From positions 1 through 29,039 of the forward strand of contig JBMSSC010000018.1 in NCBI GenBank assembly GCA_049424145.1: a DNA stretch of 29,039 nucleotides, read 5' to 3'. Positions 17,301 through 26,239 of this stretch are shown here, in pieces (position 1 is the stretch's first letter; every line of letters starts with the position of its first letter). The DNA is from Bdellovibrionia bacterium. GTDB lineage: Bacteria; Bdellovibrionota; UBA1018. Made by a program: the position numbers and the translations under genes. Below the pieces are notes generated by a model. The model saw only the letters and a list, made by a program, of their open reading frames with translations. It did not search any database and was not told where the DNA came from.

Positions 17301-20300
17301 GAACGGCAATCGTTTTTCTATTAAGACCCATGCTCACAGTGAATACCTCAGAAAAAGATGAGGCAAGACCGCTTGATTGCGTTTCGATCTTGAAGTTAGA
17401 ACCTAAGGTGATGGGGGTGAGGGTGAATAGAGCCAGACCGCTTGAGAATTGTGTTGGGGTGGTGGGGTTTGCGTGTTCACTCGAGGGCTCATTATATGTG
17501 ATGCTCACAGAGTTCGAGCTTGAGGTGACTCGGTTATTAAATAGATCGACCGCATAGACGGAAGCGATAAAGTTACTATCGGTGGTGATTGGAAATGGAG
17601 TCCCTGATTTTCCTGTTGGGCTTCCTTGCTCAAAGGTTTCTCCTGGAAGGAGAGTGAGGGTGTGGTCAAGTGTAGCCGGTTGGACAGTATATTGACTGGA
17701 TTGCTGATTGTTATAGGAGCCGCCCGCTGCATTGAGTGTTCGAGTTGTTCCCGCAGTACGCGTTGTGACGGTGAATTGAACTTCCCCTGAGCTGAGAGAA
17801 CCAGAAGATGGATGCGTGTCGTAGGGGTCATTGGTTTCTAGTGAGATCGGAGTGGAGGGGACTGAGGATACCCGGTTGTAGTGATCATCGACTACAATGA
17901 CCTTGACTTGAAAAGACTGTCCCGCTGTTTTGGGATTGAGTCCTGAAGTCGGAAGAGCGCTGGTTAACGAACCAATAGCCCAGCCTTCAGAAAGAGTTTG
18001 TCCTAGGTCGGTTAAGACGGCGACCGTTTGAGTGGGAAGATTCGGGGTCACGGAATAGGTGGTGGATTGATGATTATTGAGACCTGAGGTAGCGGATCCG
18101 GTGGCTCTGAGGTTAGCCGAGCTTGCAATGTAGTTCTGAACGCTAAAAGTGGCGACGCCGGATGAAAACGCCTGAGCCGAAGGGCCAGGAGTGTGCGTGT
18201 CAGGGGCAGTAAGAGAGAGAGTACCTAGACCTGTGTTGAAGCTAGTGACGGTGTTAAAGTAGGGATCCACGGCTTTGACAGTAACAGTGAAATGAACCCC
18301 TGCAGTGACAGACGATGGGGAACCCTCTTTTGCAGACTCAAGGGTGCTTCTTCCTGCGACCAGAGATTCTCCGGGTAAGAGGACAACGGTTTGTGAGGCA
18401 GCGCCTGGATCGATATTAAAGAGGGAACTAGGGTTGTTAGAGGGCAGTGAGGCCGTGTTGGTGCATTGAATCGTATAGTTCGTCTTAGCGAGGCGATAAT
18501 AAACCCCTGAAAATTGGGCTACACCAGAGTTTAAAGTTTGAGTGGATGGGCCGGATGCATTGGGATCAGAGGGGTCATTGGTGAGGGTGACGCTGCCTGA
18601 GACCCCGGATGTGACGACGTTGAAATAGGGATCGGTCGCATAGGCGTTCACTTGAAAGGGATTTGTGGTGGTTAATCCCGTGCTGACAGGGGTGTTTAAG
18701 GCATTCTCCAAACTCGATGCTCCCTGCTTGAGTCCTGGTCCCACAACTGTTGCTAACGGGCCAGCTGATGAATCAGTCATTTCTGTGATGGCTTGTCCTT
18801 GACCGGGAAGAACTAAAACAATCTGTGAAGCTGCAGCCGGATTGACAGTAAACTTCGAGCTCGGCAAATTCACCGTGGAAAGAGAGGTGGCTGCGGAAAG
18901 CGTTTGATTTTTCCAAGCCGTTCTGGGGATAAAGCTCAGATTGATGACGCCTGAGGAGAAGTTCTGAGGAGCTAGAGTGACGTTGGGATCGGAGAGGTTG
19001 AAGGTGGCAGAACCGTTGTAACCCGAAACAGTATTGAATCCTTCATCTACGGCTCGGATCGTCCAGGAGGTGGACGTTCCAGCGGTGAGCGGGCTAATTG
19101 TTCCTGTGACGGCTGCAGAGGCGTTGAGTACTCCGGGTTGATAAGATTGACCAGGGCCGATAACGAGAGTTCTTGCAGGTGTCGTTCCAGCAATGACCTG
19201 GATAGACCTCTCTGATGAGACTGTGTTTGAGGTCAATTCTGTTGCAATAAGTTTAATGGTTTCTACCTTAGGGTATTTGAGATCAGAGAACGTGGCCACT
19301 CCTGCGGATACTACTTGACTCTTGGGTCCATCTAATAGTGAAGCAACTCCAGTTCCTCCGCTTAAAGAGACGGTGATTAACGTTTGATCATTTGTGGTGA
19401 TGACGTTGTTGAATCGATCGCGGATGCGGGCTGAAAATGAACTCATCGGAGTCTGATTGCTTGCGGTGTAAGTGGAGGGAGGATTTGGACTCCAATCAAC
19501 GTTGGCAATCGTGGGTTCAGGTAAAACGGTGACATGATCGATGTCTTGAGGAGATGAAAGAGTAGACCAAGCTCCCGCTTGGACGCTGAGTGTTCCGGTT
19601 TGAGTTGCGGTGATGGATACGCTGCCTAATCCTTGGTTCAGATTTCCGGTCACGCTTAGGTTCGCTGCTCCTGAAGTATCACTCGCGCTGGCCAAAGTGG
19701 TGGAGAGAATGTCTTGTCCACCGAGGTTGGATGAGAATTGAAAGGTAATGGTTTGATTTGCAGTGGCGCCTGAACTCACCGTATTTCCATAAGGGTCAAC
19801 GCCAGTAATGGAATACGTAACGGAGCTACCTGCGATGAGCGTTGGGGGAGTTGTCGTTGCAGGCGTGACCTTCATTCGTAAGTGGCTCAGAGGTCGGTTG
19901 CTGACGCTGAGGGATGCTAGAGTGGCTGTTTTTCCAAGTCCCGTGATCTGAATAGTGGGTGTGGTGGCTGAGTTATAGAGGATGAAATCAGGTGTGTTGA
20001 GGACTCCCCCGGTGAAGGTGTAGTTTCCATCGGCAGGCTTTTGGTCGATATAGGAAGGATAGATCGTTGGAGTTGAGCCTACGATGTTAAACGTGAGATA
20101 GGCTGCAGAGTCAAAAGTAGTGATCCGATTATTCTTAGAGTCTTGCATTTCAAGTCTCAAAGTAAAAGCCGTACCCGCAGTCGTACTCGGTGAGAGTGAA
20201 GCGTTACTCACCTGTGCTTGTGTTTTTAAACTGAAGTGATGAAATTCTCCTACTCCTACGGTGATGGTCCCAGTGGAGGAGCTGAGTCCGGAGCTAAGGA

Positions 20301-23214
20301 GGGCGGTCAATACTCCAGTGCCTGTATTTTGTGGATGAAATTGGATCGCCCCATGGGTTCCGGTTGAGTAAGTGGCCGCCACAGGACCTGTGATGAGAGT
20401 GCTTGAGCTCCAATTAATCCCTGAGAGAACTCCAATGTAGTTGAGTTCGGAGTCGTATCCCGTTGCGTAATAAGTGGGTTCGGAATCCGTTGTGAGGCTG
20501 ATGCTTGATGCTGTAATTATGGGATCAGTCTCTGCAGGCCCACTTCTTAGAGACAGTGTAGTTGGAGAGCCTGGAATGAGAGTGGGGACTAAAAAGTTTT
20601 TAACGGTAGGAGGCGAGAAGGCGGTTCCAGGGTTACAAAAAGGGCCTTGAGTGATGCTCGCTGGAGTACTGCAATGGGTTCCTGAAATATCACTGAGTGT
20701 GAGTCCAATTTGAACTGTATTACTTTGTTTTGGAATTTTTAGTCCGCTAATTGTTGCAACTCCGTTAGTGAAATTATAGGTGCCTGAAGTTGGAACAATA
20801 GGGGAAGTCCCCTGATTTGAAGCAGTATGACCTGTGACAAAAGCGTTCATGTAGTAAGACCCATTTAAAAGAACGAGTTGATTGGATGAATCACGTGCTT
20901 CAATGGTTAGGGTCAAAGGCCGAGTGACATCGATCGTGTTGGTGGGATTTGTGCCGTCTGAGATAGAAATAGCGAAGTGATCAGCGGTACTTGTTTGAGC
21001 GGTATAAAGGGTGTAAGCGCCCTGATTATTATTGGCAGAAGGGGAATACAGAGCCAGTGTTCCCGCACCTGCTGTGATTGGAGTATAAATCGCAGACGAG
21101 CCCGTGATGGGCGACGAGGGGGGCGAAGTCGCGAATTCTCCATCAAAGACCCCCGTGGTGCTCCACTGGGTATCCGAGGGTGAGGAGATCGTATTTCCAG
21201 CTGCATCGGTGAGTACCGCATAAAAAGTTCTTGAAGCCAGAGCAGATGAGCTGGGAGTAGCAGGGAGAGCCACACCAACGGCATCAAGCCAGTAGGGATA
21301 TCCATTGGCAACAGCATATTGGTCTAAAATAAATGACCCGTTGTTCAGTTGGTTGGAGTGAAGCTCGATTCGGGTTCCTGGTCCACGGTTGACTTGAATG
21401 ACTGGGGTCATCCCAGCAGGATTAAATGCGCTTGGAGTTCCTACAGGGGGATTGTTGATTTGCACTGAAATCTGAGGTTGTAGCGTGGGGTAATTGCCGG
21501 GATTTCCATTTCCATCTTGGTTGGCATAGTTTAGTGATGCGCTCAGATCAGCATTGGCGACACCGTTTAGAAAAGTTTGTTGATAGGTTCGACTACCACA
21601 GCCCTTCAGAGCTTCAATTGAAATTGAGGGAGGAAGATTTGCAGGGATCGAGCTTGGAGTATTAAAACTGGCGGGCTGATGAAATGTGTTATCACCTGAG
21701 AGCATGAAGCGGTTACAACCTCGACTCACGGGAGGGTCAGCTGAAGCATTTAAGAAGCTTGCTGTGATCTCAAAAGAGCCGGTAAATCCTTGAGTTCCGT
21801 CGTGATGAGCGATTAATGGGTTTCCCTTTGCATCGACAACGGAGATGTTGATTTTAAAAGGAACTCCTGCGGTTTCAAGTTGATTGTGCTCAGTGGTGAG
21901 GAGCACACCTTTCATTTGTCCAGGATTTACTCGGTAGCTTAAAAATCCGGTGAGTTGACTTGCAGAGGCTTGAATCCGAGCGGATCCAGTGAGATGGGGA
22001 GTGAGAACAATGGCAGGACCGATCAGGCTTGCACTGCCTGAAGGGGTTCCAATGTAGGGTAGAATTCGCGTGCCAGCGCTTCCTGCAGGGGCGCCAGGGA
22101 AGTCAGTTACAAGCCATGCGGCTTGCTGAGCATCGGAGTAGTAATTTCCGATCGAATCAACGATGGCGGCATAAATGGTGGTCTGAGGTTCATCTGTACT
22201 TCGAATGAGTTCTTCAGGATTTTGTATGGCCACTGCATCATCAGAGGTGGAGCCAATGGCATCGGCTCCTTTGGGTCCTCCAGGAGCCCGCGCAAAGACG
22301 ATTTTTGAGGCCGCCGCAGGTAAAACGGTCATGGGCATATTGAAAACAGAAACGTAGCCTCCGGGGCCGTTTCCAACGGAGAGGTAAGTGAGCTGACTGG
22401 AATCTGTGACTTGGTACTGAATTGGGGTGGTGCAAATGCCGCTTACGAAAACACAAGTCATCGTCCCTGAAGGCAAGCTGTAGTCGCTACTGGAGTTTCC
22501 ATTCCAAGCCCATGCGTGTTGGGATACTGAGTTCCAAGTGAGCGTGATTGGACCGGTAAAGTTTTCAATGACTTGGCCAAGGTTATCCTTGAGCGAAACG
22601 ATGAAACCAAATGGAACGCCCGCAGTTTCGATAAAATCATGGGTGGAGGTGAGACCAAACTGATAGGGCACGCCGTTATTGGCCGTTGCGATTTGAAAGG
22701 TGGCTTTACTTTCGCTCCCTCGTACTCGAGCTTCAATTAAAATGTTGAGCTTGTACTGATTGGGAGCTTTCACCTGAGTAGAAGCGTAACCGCTGGTATC
22801 GGTTGTGGCATGTGCTGTGATGAGCGTTGCCTGGGTATTGGTGAGCTCTGTGAAGTCCACTTGGGTGCCAGGAATGGCTGCTCCTGTGGTCGGATCCACA
22901 ACTCGGACTGTCAATGGGGCGTTGAAAAAAGTGTTTGCATAAGTGATCTGTTGATTTCCTGAAACGATCTGAGTTTGAATTCCCAGAGTTCCTGAGACCA
23001 GTGCTTCGTTGCCTAAGTAATTACAGCTGGACAGAATCAGGCTCAGAAGGCTGAGTACTTGAAAACTTAGGATCTGATCGATTAAGTGAGTCTGGAGGCT
23101 TTGCTTGACGCGTGAATGAAACCAAGCCCACTGAGTCAAGATCGATTGACCAAGCGCCCGGATTCCGCTGGGCGGAGACTGGTTTTGTCCGAAGCTGAGT
23201 TTCTTTTTTTTCAT
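14332..23214 (-). CDS. Giant Ig-like repeat surface protein / adhesin (probable lipoprotein)
   Basis: 2960 aa, rich in Ser/Thr/Gly. Lipobox-like LILSSC (Cys64). Many AG..F.V.V.A.D...N beta-sandwich modules and Big_1-like units. C-terminal ASH/choice-of-anchor-D-like domain (DNCSNQILAPNGYCTVQVLF). Confidence 0.85.
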   Translation of the reverse strand: MKKKKLSFGQNQSPPSGIRALGQSILTQWAWFHSRVKQSLQTHLIDQILSFQVLSLLSLILSSCNYLGNEALVSGTLGIQTQIVSGNQQITYANTFFNAPLTVRVVDPTTGAAIPGTQVDFTELTNTQATLITAHATTDTSGYASTQVKAPNQYKLNILIEARVRGSESKATFQIATANNGVPYQFGLTSTHDFIETAGVPFGFIVSLKDNLGQVIENFTGPITLTWNSVSQHAWAWNGNSSSDYSLPSGTMTCVFVSGICTTPIQYQVTDSSQLTYLSVGNGPGGYVSVFNMPMTVLPAAASKIVFARAPGGPKGADAIGSTSDDAVAIQNPEELIRSTDEPQTTIYAAIVDSIGNYYSDAQQAAWLVTDFPGAPAGSAGTRILPYIGTPSGSASLIGPAIVLTPHLTGSARIQASASQLTGFLSYRVNPGQMKGVLLTTEHNQLETAGVPFKINISVVDAKGNPLIAHHDGTQGFTGSFEITASFLNASADPPVSRGCNRFMLSGDNTFHQPASFNTPSSIPANLPPSISIEALKGCGSRTYQQTFLNGVANADLSASLNYANQDGNGNPGNYPTLQPQISVQINNPPVGTPSAFNPAGMTPVIQVNRGPGTRIELHSNQLNNGSFILDQYAVANGYPYWLDAVGVALPATPSSSALASRTFYAVLTDAAGNTISSPSDTQWSTTGVFDGEFATSPPSSPITGSSAIYTPITAGAGTLALYSPSANNNQGAYTLYTAQTSTADHFAISISDGTNPTNTIDVTRPLTLTIEARDSSNQLVLLNGSYYMNAFVTGHTASNQGTSPIVPTSGTYNFTNGVATISGLKIPKQSNTVQIGLTLSDISGTHCSTPASITQGPFCNPGTAFSPPTVKNFLVPTLIPGSPTTLSLRSGPAETDPIITASSISLTTDSEPTYYATGYDSELNYIGVLSGINWSSSTLITGPVAATYSTGTHGAIQFHPQNTGTGVLTALLSSGLSSSTGTITVGVGEFHHFSLKTQAQVSNASLSPSTTAGTAFTLRLEMQDSKNNRITTFDSAAYLTFNIVGSTPTIYPSYIDQKPADGNYTFTGGVLNTPDFILYNSATTPTIQITGLGKTATLASLSVSNRPLSHLRMKVTPATTTPPTLIAGSSVTYSITGVDPYGNTVSSGATANQTITFQFSSNLGGQDILSTTLASASDTSGAANLSVTGNLNQGLGSVSITATQTGTLSVQAGAWSTLSSPQDIDHVTVLPEPTIANVDWSPNPPSTYTASNQTPMSSFSARIRDRFNNVITTNDQTLITVSLSGGTGVASLLDGPKSQVVSAGVATFSDLKYPKVETIKLIATELTSNTVSSERSIQVIAGTTPARTLVIGPGQSYQPGVLNASAAVTGTISPLTAGTSTSWTIRAVDEGFNTVSGYNGSATFNLSDPNVTLAPQNFSSGVINLSFIPRTAWKNQTLSAATSLSTVNLPSSKFTVNPAAASQIVLVLPGQGQAITEMTDSSAGPLATVVGPGLKQGASSLENALNTPVSTGLTTTNPFQVNAYATDPYFNVVTSGVSGSVTLTNDPSDPNASGPSTQTLNSGVAQFSGVYYRLAKTNYTIQCTNTASLPSNNPSSLFNIDPGAASQTVVLLPGESLVAGRSTLESAKEGSPSSVTAGVHFTVTVKAVDPYFNTVTSFNTGLGTLSLTAPDTHTPGPSAQAFSSGVATFSVQNYIASSANLRATGSATSGLNNHQSTTYSVTPNLPTQTVAVLTDLGQTLSEGWAIGSLTSALPTSGLNPKTAGQSFQVKVIVVDDHYNRVSSVPSTPISLETNDPYDTHPSSGSLSSGEVQFTVTTRTAGTTRTLNAAGGSYNNQQSSQYTVQPATLDHTLTLLPGETFEQGSPTGKSGTPFPITTDSNFIASVYAVDLFNNRVTSSSNSVSITYNEPSSEHANPTTPTQFSSGLALFTLTPITLGSNFKIETQSSGLASSFSEVFTVSMGLNRKTIAVLPGQVFSGAKKTFAGAVTGPPSIQTAGVPFNVNVYRTDSKFNIVTNDQTTQVTFVSSDSAASMPAAQTLSNGQTTISVTLGKSSTHGSGWTLTPIGPSGNLIDGVASNEIRVKHNTITKAVVLPPGLSLNKGYNTGVVTLGSASPQTAGSAFNIQVSAIDDWNNEGDDANEGLSYDGSISINLTAADAHSNVVNPATSSFVKGRKEFSGTFYTAGTGRVITLATPLGTNIPSPGITVKAASPDHVLQIAGGAQTAEVNTAVPIDPEVEVRDRWLNPVADTPITFSVQSGGGSVNPAIVPTDAQGRAKTRYTLGTIAGSQILKAGAGFPLPNYPAQVAGTSPFILFTQTATPGAIAQLGFTTSAQRIRAGECSGITTLQTQDAYANEVLSASTRTINLAGSSVSFYSNSTCTDAISNLSIPSNTSTASFYFKSTVAGPITLTASTGGLSSGSQQETIDSAAPSSLSFITHPPSSATAGTPFNTVVQVYDAYTNPVTTSPVNVTLSISNNPTSATLVGTNPVATSISDGKATFNSLSIQKIGSNYTLMASVPGISSATSSAFTITPAAATQLGFLTQPSQVLAGNVITPSVQVAIQDSYGNTLSSATQGITLSLANNPTSASALGTLSVNADQGIATFSDLKINKTGTGYTYQAASFGFSPVTSSAFNVLANTPAQLAFTTSASPVAAGQCSNMVSIQTRDAYNNVTNLSAPMTLNFSSSSSGTAQFFTQSGCTGSPVTQSSILTSANSTSFYFKDTRAGSPTLTISSSLPNAQQTQTIQPAAASLSTLSSSPLNGTGPVLADGSQGIQLSVLITDAYGNAISGINPQFSATNTNSTNVQSSCSSTLSTGVSTCTLNSTYPETKTIELTAPTLSVSAISVPFNGLRITDNAGNPLLSPDSFGSVPLFSYLSHEYFIRNISSVPITLGSAQVTGTQFSLPTDNCSNQILAPNGYCTVQVLFSGGPTQTYSGNFSISGSPGGSVSQSLTGQSP

Positions 23215-23563
23215 AACGATCGTGAAGCGATTGATTTTTCTACTTTCTTCCCTCTGGTATGAATCCTTTCTTCCACTCTCTATATTAATATATCTTGATA
23301 AAAATGATCAAGTTAAATGAAGTTGAGGCGTCCGGGTTCAACAAAGCCCTGGGAGCTAAACTCAATTTTGTTGTGTCGAATAGGACACTCTGGACAAAGC
23401 TGAAATTGGAACCCAATAGGCGATTGTGGTTTGGTTTTAGAATCGGATTTCGAAGGGGTGGGGATCGGAGCTGCATTTTTTTTCGATCCTCTCTTATTCC
23501 CATTTTGGCGCCTGAGGCACGCGACGGAAATGGCATCTGGGCTTCACCAAAGGGCATTCATGG

Positions 23564-24346
23564 CTAGCTCAGAGCCTTCTTCTGATCCTCAGAAGAGGTG
23601 AGAATTTCAAGCTTAATGCTGCTCGATCTATTTTTGATGTAATTTAATATTCTTGCCTCAGTCTCTAGGTCAATTCCCGCGATGATCTTCTCGATGCTTT
23701 CCTCCGAACCTCCGTCTGATGCAAAGCTCTCCTGATCCTCAAGAAGTTCAAGGGACTCCTGATCAAAGAGGCCGTGAAAACGCTGCTTGATCTTCTTAGC
23801 AAATCGCCATGCAGCTTGCTCAAGAGCCTTCTCAGGAATTCTCTCTAGCCTTGAAATATGGAGAATAACTTGTCGTCTGAGATCTGCAGAAAAGCAGCTT
23901 AAGAGCTTGCTCATCTCCTCAGTACTCCAATAGAGGGATATGAATGCAATTTGGGCTGGGTCTTCTTTGCCCAGAATTCCATTGAGCTCTTCGCTGGTGA
24001 GTTCCTTGAGGAATACAAAAGGGTCTTCAGGTTCAGTGGAGTCCCCATGAGTTAGGCTCTCGGATAAGAACGTGATGTAGACCTCCAACATGCTCTTGGC
24101 ATCTGAGGCATGGTTACTTTCACTGATGACCTCTTTATTGATTTCTAAGAGGTATTTCCATTGATGGGCAGGGATGCGGTCAAAGAGCTGTTTGGAGTAA
24201 TCCACGCCAATTTGGTTAAAAAAGACCAGCAGCTTTCTTGCCGATTCAGGCTGAGAAATCATCCTTCTTGCAGCCACTTGGCAGCTTTTGGGATGAGAGA
24301 CGCTCAGAGTTAAGATCTTGTCTGTGAGGTCCAAGACGGATTGCAT
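23564..24346 (-). CDS. Truncated FliG-like protein (FliF-C-like helix + FliG N + M, no torque domain)
   Basis: RKLLVFFNQIG..SKQLF (FliG-N-like). PFVFLKEL..L..ILGKEDPAQIAFI (EHPQ position). RRQVILHISRL and the GG linker DGGSEESIEKII. The protein ends before an MFxF or torque helix. Confidence 0.75.
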   Translation of the reverse strand: MQSVLDLTDKILTLSVSHPKSCQVAARRMISQPESARKLLVFFNQIGVDYSKQLFDRIPAHQWKYLLEINKEVISESNHASDAKSMLEVYITFLSESLTHGDSTEPEDPFVFLKELTSEELNGILGKEDPAQIAFISLYWSTEEMSKLLSCFSADLRRQVILHISRLERIPEKALEQAAWRFAKKIKQRFHGLFDQESLELLEDQESFASDGGSEESIEKIIAGIDLETEARILNYIKNRSSSIKLEILTSSEDQKKALS

Positions 24347-24355
24347 TCACTGGTC

Positions 24356-24382
24356 TGATCGGAAAAATGAAAAAAATATTTA
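24356..24382 (-). promoter_or_regulatory. Putative sigma28 (FliA) promoter of the fliG-like gene
   Basis: The minus strand reads TAAA (24382-24379)-N15-TCCGATCA (24363-24356), the canonical spacing. It lies very close to ATG 24346. Confidence 0.45.
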
Positions 24383-24426
24383 TATTATATTAAACCCGCT
24401 AGGAAAAATTGGTCGAGGCAAATAAT

Positions 24427-24434
24427 GCCGATAA
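24427..24434 (+). promoter_or_regulatory. Perfect sigma28 -10 box upstream of the coiled-coil gene
   Basis: GCCGATAA exact match, but no TAAA at 15-nt spacing. Confidence 0.35.
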
Positions 24435-24565
24435 GTGTTTGAAATCATTTGATTGACACGGATTCATTGAAAAGAGAAAATTGAAGGAGCAAAAGCAAAG
24501 ATTACGCAAGTGTCGTTTTCTCTTCATCTCATTCTGAAAAAGAATGAGGAAAGGATGAACTCAGG

Positions 24566-25720
24566 ATGAGTGGCTACACGAAAGAACCAAAAAGTGATTC
24601 CCCAATTCCTATTGCAAGTGAGAAGCAAGTTCTGGATGCTCCCGTTAAGGTGGATCCAACTGTCTTACCCACAGACTATTCGATTCATGGATCACGAGCC
24701 TCAGGATTTTTGCGCGAGCTGGAAGCTCTTTGTCGTTCAACCCGAGAGATGGAAATTTCCATTGGAAAAGAGAAGAGCAAAAACTACAAACAACAGCAAC
24801 TGCTCAGGGAAGCTCATCAGAGAGTTTTTGAATTAACTGGAAACGTTGAAAAATTAAAGAGTCAGCTTCTAGCTCAGCAGGCGAAGGAAGATAGTTTTTC
24901 TGATCAATTGAGAAAACAAGGTCAGGAGATCTCTCAGTTGAGATCGGACCTGGAGGATGTGCTTCAGAAAAGAGCAGAAGAGAAGAGAAAATATGCACTC
25001 GATTGCGAGAGTCTTAAGATTCTGATTCAGAAGGAGAAACAAAAGTACATCGATCTTCAAAATGAGATCGACTTACTACGGCGAGAGTCAGAACGTCAGA
25101 TTGATTTTAATACCAATTTGCAACAGTTTAATAACTCAATAGTGGAAAAAAAGCTTCAGTCTGAGCTGAACAATCAGGTTGCAATCACTAGAAATCTTGA
25201 GAACACAATTGGGCAGTTGAGAGACGATTTGAAGAGATCTAAAGACGAAGCTGATCGAGAAAAAGAGAAGCTGCTTCAGACTTCTCTTGAGCTGCGGAAG
25301 GCCCTAGCTCAAGCCCGAACGGGGGAAGGTGAGCTTCAGCGCTATAAGCTCGAACTCATGAGGGCAAGAGAGAAGCTGAAGGCATCGGAGGCTTCAATTC
25401 TCAAAGCCAAGCAAGAGGCTCAAGAAGCGCTTGAGAGGGAGCGGAGGAGAGGTCATGCCCAGAATCAGCAGGAGGCCTCTGAAGTCGTATCAGCTGATTT
25501 AAAGTCAGGGAAAAGTTCCTCAGGTTCTCAGAAAAACTCCAGTGAACCTTTAAAGGAGTTTCTTGCCATTAAAGAAAAGCAAATCGACGCAATCCATAAG
25601 CAAGTCGATCAGGGAAGGTTAAAGCAGCCCGAACGAAAAAAAGTCGATGAGCTCCTCAGTATCATGGTCGAACAGAGAGATCAGCTGAAGGAGATTGTGG
25701 GTAGGATTGAAGAGCATTGA
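24566..25720 (+). CDS. Long coiled-coil protein of unknown function
   Basis: E/K/Q/L-rich heptad pattern over about 280 aa; no TM helix or signal peptide. Confidence 0.8.
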   Translation: MSGYTKEPKSDSPIPIASEKQVLDAPVKVDPTVLPTDYSIHGSRASGFLRELEALCRSTREMEISIGKEKSKNYKQQQLLREAHQRVFELTGNVEKLKSQLLAQQAKEDSFSDQLRKQGQEISQLRSDLEDVLQKRAEEKRKYALDCESLKILIQKEKQKYIDLQNEIDLLRRESERQIDFNTNLQQFNNSIVEKKLQSELNNQVAITRNLENTIGQLRDDLKRSKDEADREKEKLLQTSLELRKALAQARTGEGELQRYKLELMRAREKLKASEASILKAKQEAQEALERERRRGHAQNQQEASEVVSADLKSGKSSSGSQKNSSEPLKEFLAIKEKQIDAIHKQVDQGRLKQPERKKVDELLSIMVEQRDQLKEIVGRIEEH

Positions 25721-25822
25721 TCGGAAGCTTGATGATCACAGATTGATTGTGATTTGCTTTAATAAAGAGAATCCAATTTTTTTAGAAAAATTAAGGATTC
25801 CCTCTCAATGAATTAGCTGGAA

Positions 25823-26038
25823 CTACCGATCGCCCGAATTACCTTGAGTCTTGGCTTGAAAACCATAGGGACAGTGCCGACAGCCCGATTGACAGCAGAC
25901 TTTTTGGCGTTTGAGTCGAACTTGGGTTGAAACGAGGTAGCCTGTTTTGGGATCAATGTAGAAATCCTGATTCGCCTGAATCGCCTCCTCATGTAGTTTT
26001 TGACAGAGTTTTTCTATTTCGGATTTTGTCTGGTTCAT
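25823..26038 (-). CDS. DUF5522 family small Cys-rich protein
   Basis: Signature YIDPKTGYLV and CCQSGCRHCPYG. Confidence 0.85.
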   Translation of the reverse strand: MNQTKSEIEKLCQKLHEEAIQANQDFYIDPKTGYLVSTQVRLKRQKVCCQSGCRHCPYGFQAKTQGNSGDR

Positions 26039-26039
26039 T

Positions 26040-26239
26040 CTTGATGCCTCTGGTTCTCTTTCTCTATCTATTCTAAATCGAAGAAAAAATCTTCAAAGAA
26101 TTATTGAAATAAAAGAATTTCGAAATTTAATTTGTTTTTTTATTTTTAAAATAATAAGACAAGAAAAAAATTAATTTTTTATTATTATAAAAAAATCTAA
26201 AATAGCAATAATATAAAAAAAGTTATAAAATTTTTTAGA
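26040..26239. promoter_or_regulatory. Extremely AT-rich divergent promoter region
   Basis: Nearly pure A/T tracts between divergent genes. Confidence 0.5.

Noticed and set aside
23285..23567. Two antiparallel 90-aa ORFs between the giant gene and the fliG-like gene
   Set aside because: No recognisable motifs or clear RBS, and I could not read the missing FliG C-domain in them. Treated as intergenic.
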